Origin: Dickeya dadantii NCPPB 898
Lineage (GTDB): Bacteria > Pseudomonadota > Gammaproteobacteria > Enterobacterales > Enterobacteriaceae
Length of the DNA stretch: 32,000 nucleotides
Assembly: GCF_000406145.1 (NCBI RefSeq)
Contig: NZ_CM001976.1
Span: forward strand, 3,011,337-3,043,336
Direction: 5' to 3'
Shown here: positions 1-7,014 of the stretch, piece by piece
Position numbering within the stretch: the stretch's first letter is position 1
How the letters are laid out: every line of letters begins with the position of its first letter
The notes under the pieces: model-generated
Seen by the model: only the letters and a program-made list of their open reading frames with translations
Told to the model about the DNA's origin: nothing
Databases searched by the model: none
Position numbers and translations under genes: made by a program

Positions 1-1056
1 CGGATTCAGCACTTCACCACTTTTTTTCAGCACGACACTTTCCAGTAACTCACCGGGCAACTGGTGATAACGCAGTGCGTTAAAGATCGTTTTTTCAGCC
101 ACCGATACGGTATGTCTGGCTACATAATGGCGAGCCGCCGGCCGCTTACTGGCGAATGTCGACGGCAGCGACAGGAAAGGCGCGACAAAATATTCCGCAT
201 AAGGGATATCGGTGGAATAACGGATCAGCTGGCAATATAAATCACCCGGACAGCGCCGGGTCAGTTCAATCAGCCAAAAATCATCGCCATTGGCGATAAA
301 TTGCGTATGCAGCAAGCCATCACATAGCTTCAGGTCGGCGACAATACTGTTGATGCAGTCACTGACGGCATTTTTCAGCGTTTCACTCATTTGATGAGCC
401 ACACAGCTGCTATTCACCTGATAAGGGTAGACCGTGCAATATTCATCAACAAAGAACTCACAAACAATCTCGCCGTTACGAATAAACGCCGAATGGCTGT
501 GCAGCGAGCCCTGCTTGAATTCTTCTATCACCACCTGACCGCTTACCGATGCCGATGCGGCCGACTGGTAAGCCGGCAGAATATCCTGTTCGCGCTGAAC
601 CTGAGTAATACCGCGGCCACTGTAGGCATCAACCGGCTTGACCAGAATCGGATACGACAGTTGCCCCACCGATCCAATATCACGTACCGCTTTAGGAATG
701 GGCAGTCCCTTACGCTGTGCATAAGCACGAAACGCATCCTTTTTCAGCAGGATCGCCGTTGTTTCAACCGAATCGAAACCGGGCATACCCAGCGATTGCG
801 CAACCCAGGCGCCGGTTTCGTAAGAGACATCCGTCACGCCCGGCAAAATAGCCTTAATATTTTCCTTTCTGACAATGCCGAGAATGGCCTCTTTGTCCGA
901 ATAATCTTCGACAATCGACCGGGTTGCCCGGATATGACCAGGGTCACCGGGTTTGCCGCTGCACACACCAATCGCAACGCCCTGTTCCAGGCACGCTTCC
1001 AGCAGAGGCAGCGCAGAAAAACCCGCATCAAGCATTAAGGCATCTATAGTCGACAT
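1..1056 (-). CDS. ATP-grasp family ligase (partial; C-terminus lies beyond the left window edge)
   Basis: My reverse-complement translation of 1056->1 gives an uninterrupted 352-codon frame (MSTIDALMLDAGFSALPLLEACLEQGVAIGVCSGKPGDPGH...LKKSGEVLNP). It is missing from the ORF track because its stop lies outside the window. ATP-grasp-like motifs are present: YPILVKPVDAYSGRGI, GQVVIEEFKQGSLHSHSAF and FWLIELTRRCPGD. The ATG is at 1056-1054. The 215-aa plus-strand ORF at 391..1038 is its antisense shadow. Confidence 0.75.
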   Translation of the reverse strand, partial: MSTIDALMLDAGFSALPLLEACLEQGVAIGVCSGKPGDPGHIRATRSIVEDYSDKEAILGIVRKENIKAILPGVTDVSYETGAWVAQSLGMPGFDSVETTAILLKKDAFRAYAQRKGLPIPKAVRDIGSVGQLSYPILVKPVDAYSGRGITQVQREQDILPAYQSAASASVSGQVVIEEFKQGSLHSHSAFIRNGEIVCEFFVDEYCTVYPYQVNSSCVAHQMSETLKNAVSDCINSIVADLKLCDGLLHTQFIANGDDFWLIELTRRCPGDLYCQLIRYSTDIPYAEYFVAPFLSLPSTFASKRPAARHYVARHTVSVAEKTIFNALRYHQLPGELLESVVLKKSGEVLNP

Positions 1057-1083
1057 ATCCATTCTCTGTTACCAATATTTTCT

Positions 1084-1138
1084 CAGGCTTCCCGCTACAA
1101 CGGGGAGCGCGCACGCCCCTTAGGGCGAAGCAAGCCTG
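1084..1138 (-). other. GC-rich multi-stem intercistronic element (REP-like or mRNA-structure element)
   Basis: It lies in the 86-bp gap between the aminotransferase stop (1143) and the ATP-grasp start (1056). The outer inverted repeat is CAGGCTT (1084-1090) / AAGCCTG (1132-1138). It encloses two inner hairpins: CCCG-ctacaa-CGGG (1091-1104) and CGCCC-ctta-GGGCG (1114-1127). Confidence 0.4.
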
Positions 1139-1142
1139 TCAC

Positions 1143-2270
1143 TTAACGCCCGTTTTCACTCAACGTGCGCCCAATAATCTCGATGATGCGATCCTGATCG
1201 CCGCTTTCCAGACCTGGATAAATGGGCAGACACAGCACAGCGTTGGCGATGTCGGTCGCCACCGGTAAATTCTCGGCGCCCGCGCTGCCGAGACCACGGT
1301 ACATCGGAAAACTGCTGATCAGCGGGTAGAAATACCGGCGTGACATGATGCCGTGCTCTTTCAGAGCGTCATAAAGTTTCTCGCGCACATCGAACGAGTA
1401 ATCATTAACAAAAAGCGGGAAGTAGGCATAATTCCAGTCGATGGAATCCGGCACGCTCAGCGTCCTGATGCTATTAATCTGAGCCAACCCATCACGGTAG
1501 TAGCGATAAATACGTTTTCTGTCTTCCAGCGCCTGATCGATATAATTCAGTTGCAACAGGCCAAACGCCGCCTGCACTTCGTTCATTTTGCCGTTAATAC
1601 CGGGAGCGACCACAGTGGTTTCATCCGCAAAGCCGAAGTTTTTCAGATAATCGATCCGTTTCTTCATTTTTGCGTCGGGGCAAATAATGGCGCCGCCTTC
1701 AATGGTGTTGAACACCTTGGTCGCGTGGAAACTCAGAATTGAGAGATCGCCATAATTCAGAATGCTGTCGCCATCCTTTTTCACGCCAAAAGAGTGTGCG
1801 GCGTCATAAATCACCTTCAGGCCGTAAACATCCGCAATATTCTGGATTCGATCGACATCGCAAGGAATACCATAACAGTGGACAGGCAGAATAGCGGACG
1901 TGAGCGGCGTAATCGCTTCTTCAATCTTTTTAGGATCCAGATTACAGGTAACCGGATCGATATCGACAAAAACTGGCTTGAGGTTATTCCACAATAACGA
2001 GTGAGAGGTCGCCACAAACGAATAAGGCGTGGTGATGACTTCGCCGGTAATACGCAACGCCTGCAGCGCCGTCAGCAGCGCCAGCGTGCCGTTCGTGAAC
2101 AGACACAGATGTTTAACGCCCAGATATTCAGCCAGAGCGTGCTCAAGTTGCTGGTGAAAAGGCCCACCGTTCGTCAGATATTTGTTATCCCATATCTTTT
2201 CCAGATAGGGCGTAAATTCATCAAGCGGAGGCAGTAAAGGGCTCGTTACGTAGATGTTCTTACTCATCAT
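1143..2270 (-). CDS. DegT/DnrJ/EryC1/StrS-family PLP-dependent NDP-sugar aminotransferase (375 aa)
   Basis: The ORF 1143..2312 translation is typical of sugar aminotransferases: MSKNIYVTSPLLPPLDEF...NGGPFHQQLE...CLFTNGTLALLTALQAL...DAAHSFG...SILSFHATKVFNTIEGGAI (HATK should hold the PLP-lysine). I trimmed the start to the ATGATG at 2270, which follows AAGGA at 7 nt. The upstream 14 codons (MLLYVWRHKRKDRS) look non-native. Confidence 0.85.
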   Translation of the reverse strand: MMSKNIYVTSPLLPPLDEFTPYLEKIWDNKYLTNGGPFHQQLEHALAEYLGVKHLCLFTNGTLALLTALQALRITGEVITTPYSFVATSHSLLWNNLKPVFVDIDPVTCNLDPKKIEEAITPLTSAILPVHCYGIPCDVDRIQNIADVYGLKVIYDAAHSFGVKKDGDSILNYGDLSILSFHATKVFNTIEGGAIICPDAKMKKRIDYLKNFGFADETTVVAPGINGKMNEVQAAFGLLQLNYIDQALEDRKRIYRYYRDGLAQINSIRTLSVPDSIDWNYAYFPLFVNDYSFDVREKLYDALKEHGIMSRRYFYPLISSFPMYRGLGSAGAENLPVATDIANAVLCLPIYPGLESGDQDRIIEIIGRTLSENGR

Positions 2271-2395
2271 TGACCTGTCCTTGCGCTTATGTCGCCATAC
2301 ATAAAGCAGCATTGTCTGTTTATTATCGCTATTACCGCTGCCGCCACCGCCTTGTCATCCAGGTGAAAAGCAGCCCCTTCGGGTTTTACGTAAGC

Positions 2396-5300
2396 TTATG
2401 ATTCATTTTCCCAGTCAATGCTGAATGTTCTGGGCTCTTTTCCTTCGCAATAAATCTGCCACGCGTTGCGTATGGCGCGTTCGAAATAAATAGACGGCGA
2501 TAAAACGGAATTCATTCTGGCGGCGATGCGTCCACGAATTCCGGCGCGCACGTCGCTGAGTTTTTCCAGTGATTGACGCCAGTACAGCGCCTTTTGTACA
2601 AACTCGTCTTCTTCCGTCGCGATAAAGTCATCCAACCCCAGAATACGCATGGTGACGCTGCCTTGACGTGAAGCGATGGACTCGCCTTCACGAGTCAGCA
2701 CCGGTACGCCCATCCAGGCGGCGTGACTCACCGTGGTCCCACCGGTATACGGATAGGTATCCAGCAGCAGATCTACTTCGCGGTGCATTCCCAGATATTC
2801 TTTCAAGCCGGTCCGCATGCGGAAAGACAGTTGCTCTTCCTTCACCCCGAACTCGACCAACCGGTCACGGAAGTAGTCGATGGTTTCCTGACCCGTCATG
2901 TACCCCATGATTAGCCGGGAATCCGGCATCGCCGTCAGAACCTTCGCCCACAGGGCCAGGGTTTCGTCAGTAATTTTCTGCGGACGATTGAAACTGGCAA
3001 ACGTCAAATAACCGTTTTTCAATGCCGGCAGTTCATTCACTTCCGGGCTATCTTTGACCGGCTCAAAATATTTCACCGAAGGCAAATAAATGATTTTTTC
3101 CGTCAGATACGGATCGAGCGCACCGCCCTGGATGTAATGCAAATCAAGCAGGATGTAATCAACGCTCTTCATACCGGTGGTTCCGGGATAACCGATCCAG
3201 GTCATCTGGATCGGGGCGGGTTTCAGCGCCAGCGCCGGCAACCGGTTATAAGCGGTATGTCCGGACAGATCGATCAGAATGTCGATTTCGTCCTTATTGA
3301 TGAGCGTCGCCAATTCGAGGTCGCCCATCTTGTCGACATCATGCCAGCCAGCCGCGGTCTGTTTTAGGCTCTCGGCCTTTTCATCGTTACGTTGAAAACT
3401 TGAGTAGGCGTAAAGCGAGAACGCGCCTCGATCAAGCGAATTCCAGATAGGTTCAAGGAAATTCGTCACCGGATGGTTGCCAAAGTCGCCGGAAACGAAA
3501 CCAATGCGTAGCGGGCGTTGAGCGGCTTTATCAAGGGAGTAGGCAAACTGGCAGTGATGGCGCTCGGCCGCTTCTTCCACGCGCTTACCGAATAACAGGT
3601 GTTCCTGAAACAGCGCCTGCGGCGTCACATTGACATCGTGAGACAGCCCCAGCAGCAGGTTGCTGTACAGATGAAACGCCTGGGGCATCAGCTCAATGGT
3701 TTTACGATGGTACTGAATGGCGTCTTTTCGCCCCAGGTTATGGCAAACCATCCCCATATGGCTGATAAAATTGGGGTTTTCCGGCTCAATCTGCAGAGCC
3801 TTCTCCATACATTTAAACGCTGAATCCAGGTTATGGGTGAGATTCAACAAAATTGCCAGCGTGTCCCACGCCAGCCCTTTTTGCTTATCACAACGCAAGA
3901 CTTTTCTGGTCAGCGCCATGCCCTGATGCAGTTCGTTCTTTTTCCAGAAGCACACCGCCAGATCAATATAAAAATCCCAGTTGAAAGGCATCAGCGCAAT
4001 TGCTCTGGTAATGATGCTCAGCGCGCCATCAAAATCGCCGGTACGGACATAGGTATTCACGAAGGGATACCAGACCCACAGGTTGTCGGGATAGGTACTG
4101 ATAATCTCTTCCGCTTTTGTTCTGACATCGGCAAACTGCCCCAGTGTGGTTAGCCGATCAATCTCTTCGTACACCTTCCGGTTGAGCGTGTTTCTATCCT
4201 GCGGCTTACTCTTTTTATGCGCCGACGATTTTTCCGGTTCAACAAAGCCGCCCGCACTGGTTTCACTGATGTACATCACCAGCGACTGAATATAAACAGC
4301 AACCTGCCCGGCATCGGCCTCTACGATCGCTTCCTGCAAGTAGTCTCGCCACGCGCGCGGCGTTCCCCATATCACGCCTTTATTACGCAGCGCCCAAAGC
4401 TGGCTGTAAAACGCCTTATCCTTGTTCAGAGTCGATGATGACAGCTGTTGCAGGAACCGCCGCTCGTCACTATCAAGCGACACCGGTTCATGCCAGAAAT
4501 TGAATGCCAGATCGGTCGTGGCAATACCGGGCAACCCAGTCAGCGTCTTATGTCGACTGTTCCGGTAAGTACAATTCCCCATCCGCGTGTAAATGCCATC
4601 GATCCCTTTCACAAACAGGTTCTTTAACGCATCCAGCACATTCTGCCGATGATTCTCAGCTTCCTTTTCCGGCAGCAGGGTATTAAAGACCAATTGATCC
4701 AGAGTCAAACTGGCCGGCCAGGCTTCCCCCAACGCATCCAGAATACTTAATACCACCGGGTTTTCCGTGCTGATGGTCTCACCGTTACCGGATCGGTGGG
4801 CATTCAGCGTAGCGCCATTGCTTGCCGTAACACGTTGAAAATTACCCGCCCAGTTGAAATCCGCCAGCCGGGAAAGCTCGGGGGCCGGCAGCACCGCCTC
4901 CGCCCTCGCCTGTGGAACCAGCATACTGAACCGCTGGGAGCGGTTAACGGCGAAATCGAGGTATTGCTGGCGCAGATAGGTGGTATTTTCAGGGCAAATC
5001 GTCTCGTGCAAGCGCGAAACCTGATCGCCGTAATGCCCCGCCAGTTCTGTGTAGGCGCGAACATCGCCGACATAGGCAAAGCCGGTTTGGGTAATCTGTG
5101 AATAGAAATCAACGAAATAACAAGGCTGGTTCAGCCCCTGCAAATAATGCAGCGCAAAATCCACATCGGACTGTTTTTCCGCTTGTTCAATAAAGGTTTT
5201 CAGCGCCGCATTCTGGGGATTATCCGGGGATGTTCCCAACGACAGATAGGTCAGCATCGCGCGGGCGCTGGTTTGCGCCGTCTTTTCATCATTAGCGAGG

Positions 5301-5848
5301 CTGCTGTGAAGCTGAATAGCGTCCCGCAGGATTTCACCGGTCTTCCACCCTGGATAGGTGTTGTAGCAATAGCAGACGATGCCTTCCGCGGTCAGGTGCT
5401 CACTACAGAATCGCAGCAGCGCTTCCCGCGTCTCGCCACCGATAAGACTGAACAGGCCGTGGATAATGATGTAATCGAATTTTCCAGGATCGCAAGCCAG
5501 CAGAGATTCGAGGTCCAGGGCAAATAACGCGATATTGTCCAGTTCCAACTGCTTTATCAGAGCACTGCCTTTTTCAATTTGCTCCGCATCAAGATCGACC
5601 CCGACAGACTGCGACTGTGGATTAGCCAGCGCAAAAGGCAGCAAATTGCCGCCATCCTTGCACCCAATCTCAAGCACGCGTGCATTTTCCGGCGCAACCG
5701 ACTTGATGCCATAAAGATGTGCGGTAGCTTGCAGATGGAAAGGCGCGGTGTAAGGAACGGGAGGGGCCATCGAACTCAATGGAATTTTACCAGTATCGTC
5801 ACCCAGGTCGTCATTATTCGCTAAAGGTTGTGTATCTGGCATGGTCAC
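2396..5848 (-). CDS. 1150-aa multidomain protein: N-terminal class I SAM-methyltransferase, an extension resembling the methyltransferase regulatory domain, TPR-like repeats, and a C-terminal GT41 (O-GlcNAc transferase/SPINDLY-like) glycosyltransferase; putative flagellin-modifying enzyme
   Basis: SAM motif I VLEIGCKDGG is at aa 58-67 (nt 5648-5677), with DYIIIHGLF at about aa 125. CYNTYPGW is at about aa 161-168, as in MT-regulatory-domain proteins. A helical repeat region spans about aa 560-735 (e.g. GDFDGALSIITRAIALMP, LDSAFKCMEKALQIEPENP). The C-terminus matches bacterial SPINDLY-type GT41 proteins: PLRIGFVSGDFGNHPVTNFLEPIW...DILIDLSGHT...VDLLLDTYPYTGGTTVSHAAWMGVPVLT. The GTG start at 5848 lies 8 nt after AGGA (AAGGAAA); an in-frame ATG is at 5842. 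Confidence 0.8.
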   Translation of the reverse strand: MTMPDTQPLANNDDLGDDTGKIPLSSMAPPVPYTAPFHLQATAHLYGIKSVAPENARVLEIGCKDGGNLLPFALANPQSQSVGVDLDAEQIEKGSALIKQLELDNIALFALDLESLLACDPGKFDYIIIHGLFSLIGGETREALLRFCSEHLTAEGIVCYCYNTYPGWKTGEILRDAIQLHSSLANDEKTAQTSARAMLTYLSLGTSPDNPQNAALKTFIEQAEKQSDVDFALHYLQGLNQPCYFVDFYSQITQTGFAYVGDVRAYTELAGHYGDQVSRLHETICPENTTYLRQQYLDFAVNRSQRFSMLVPQARAEAVLPAPELSRLADFNWAGNFQRVTASNGATLNAHRSGNGETISTENPVVLSILDALGEAWPASLTLDQLVFNTLLPEKEAENHRQNVLDALKNLFVKGIDGIYTRMGNCTYRNSRHKTLTGLPGIATTDLAFNFWHEPVSLDSDERRFLQQLSSSTLNKDKAFYSQLWALRNKGVIWGTPRAWRDYLQEAIVEADAGQVAVYIQSLVMYISETSAGGFVEPEKSSAHKKSKPQDRNTLNRKVYEEIDRLTTLGQFADVRTKAEEIISTYPDNLWVWYPFVNTYVRTGDFDGALSIITRAIALMPFNWDFYIDLAVCFWKKNELHQGMALTRKVLRCDKQKGLAWDTLAILLNLTHNLDSAFKCMEKALQIEPENPNFISHMGMVCHNLGRKDAIQYHRKTIELMPQAFHLYSNLLLGLSHDVNVTPQALFQEHLLFGKRVEEAAERHHCQFAYSLDKAAQRPLRIGFVSGDFGNHPVTNFLEPIWNSLDRGAFSLYAYSSFQRNDEKAESLKQTAAGWHDVDKMGDLELATLINKDEIDILIDLSGHTAYNRLPALALKPAPIQMTWIGYPGTTGMKSVDYILLDLHYIQGGALDPYLTEKIIYLPSVKYFEPVKDSPEVNELPALKNGYLTFASFNRPQKITDETLALWAKVLTAMPDSRLIMGYMTGQETIDYFRDRLVEFGVKEEQLSFRMRTGLKEYLGMHREVDLLLDTYPYTGGTTVSHAAWMGVPVLTREGESIASRQGSVTMRILGLDDFIATEEDEFVQKALYWRQSLEKLSDVRAGIRGRIAARMNSVLSPSIYFERAIRNAWQIYCEGKEPRTFSIDWENES

Positions 5849-6010
5849 AAGGAATTTCCTTCAATACTTTATGCGGAGATAAAATTGTTTGTAGTATATA
5901 AGAAAACCCTTTTCACCAATCCTCTGAGCATCAAATTATAACTTCCCTATTTCGCCGCTTAAGAAGCCGATTTTTATTCTGATAAATTTATTTATCCCGA
6001 CCGTGTCACA

Positions 6011-6046
6011 AAATAAAAAACCAACCCCGAAGGGTTGGCTTTTTTA
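6011..6046 (-). terminator. Rho-independent terminator of fliC (bidirectional in form)
   Basis: The minus-strand RNA reads GCCAACCC-UUCG-GGGUUGG-UUUUUUAUUUU. This is a 7-bp GC-rich stem (6021-6027 / 6032-6038) with a C(UUCG)G tetraloop and a U-tract, 30 nt after the fliC stop. An A-run upstream and a T-run downstream make it symmetric. Confidence 0.85.
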
Positions 6047-6075
6047 ATTCGCTATTGCGACTGCGTAAACAGGGA

Positions 6076-6918
6076 TTACTGCAGCAGTTTCAGAACAGTC
6101 TGCGGTACCTGGTTAGCCTGAGCCAGTACAGAAGTACCAGCCTGCTGCAGAATCTGCGCACGGCTCATGTTGGATACTTCGGTCGCGTAATCAGCATCCT
6201 GGATACGGCTACGTGCGTTGCTCAGGTTGTTGATGGTGTTGCTCAGGTTGTCAATGGTAGACTGGAAGCGGTTCAGCGTCGCACCGATGTTCGCTTTAGC
6301 GGTGTTGATGGTCTGCAGAGCAGTATCAATCGCAGAAACCAGTGCAGTAGCGCCTGCAGCTGTAGACACGTCGGTATTGGTAGTGGTGATACCCAGGCCA
6401 CCAGAAGTAGCGTTGATCAGTGCAGAGCTACCCACAGAGATGGCGTCGTTAGCAGTGGTGCCTGCGCCAACCTGAATGTTGAAGCCGGTAGCGGTAACAG
6501 TACCGTCCAGCAGCGCTTTGCCGTTGAAGTTTGCGCTGGCGGCAACACGGTTGATTTCATCAACACGACGGTTAATTTCAGTCTGGATTGCAGTACGGTC
6601 GTTAGTACCGTTAGTGTCGTTCGCTGCCTGTACGGCCAGCTCACGGATACGCTGCAGGTTGTCGTTGATGGTATCCAGGTTACCTTCAGCGGTCTGAACC
6701 AGAGACACACCGTCGTTAGCGTTTTTAGAAGCCTGAGTCAGACCTTTGATCTGAGCGGTCATACCGTTAACGATACCAGAACCCGCTGCGTTGTCTTTGG
6801 CGCTGTTGATAGCCAGGCCAGAGGACAGACGTTCGATAGCAGTCTGCAGGGAAGATTGAGATTTGTTCAGGTTGGTCTGGGCCAACAGCGACATACTGTT
6901 AGTATTAATGACTGCCAT
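6076..6918 (-). CDS. fliC: Flagellin (280 aa, short form with a minimal variable domain)
   Basis: The N-terminus MAVINTNSMSLLAQTNLNKSQSSLQTAIERLSSGL.INSAKD.AAG and the C-terminus RSRIQDADYATEVSNMSRAQILQQAGTSVLAQANQVPQTVLKLLQ are canonical flagellin D0/D1 sequence. An AAGGAA SD precedes the ATG, and a sigma-28 promoter lies upstream. Confidence 0.97.
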   Translation of the reverse strand: MAVINTNSMSLLAQTNLNKSQSSLQTAIERLSSGLAINSAKDNAAGSGIVNGMTAQIKGLTQASKNANDGVSLVQTAEGNLDTINDNLQRIRELAVQAANDTNGTNDRTAIQTEINRRVDEINRVAASANFNGKALLDGTVTATGFNIQVGAGTTANDAISVGSSALINATSGGLGITTTNTDVSTAAGATALVSAIDTALQTINTAKANIGATLNRFQSTIDNLSNTINNLSNARSRIQDADYATEVSNMSRAQILQQAGTSVLAQANQVPQTVLKLLQ

Positions 6919-6987
6919 AATTATATTCCTTTCATCTCTATTAATGGGGATGGGCTGTTGCCCCCGGTGTCATCACCGTCACTAACT

Positions 6988-7014
6988 GTATCGGCCGGTG
7001 TAAAACAACCTTTA
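6988..7014 (-). promoter_or_regulatory. Sigma-28 (FliA) class 3 promoter of fliC
   Basis: The minus strand reads TAAAGGTT-N11-GCCGATAC. The consensus is TAAAGTTT-N11-GCCGATAA, so each half matches 7/8. It lies about 70 nt upstream of the fliC ATG. Confidence 0.85.

Noticed and set aside
391-1038. 215-aa plus-strand ORF at the left end
   Set aside because: It is antisense to the much better supported 352-codon ATP-grasp frame on the minus strand. Its translation is Arg/Asn-rich with no recognisable motifs.
2313-2395. Possible terminator after the 1150-aa gene (CCC-GAA-GGG followed by CTGCTTTTC on the minus strand)
   Set aside because: The stem is only 3-4 bp with a minimal loop, too weak to call. 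The genes are more likely co-transcribed.
5950-5976. Possible sigma-28 promoter for the 1150-aa gene (minus strand TAAA-N15-CGGCGAAA)
   Set aside because: The -10 element matches GCCGATAA at no more than about 5/8 even after shifting the spacer. This is far weaker than the three clear sigma-28 promoters in the window.
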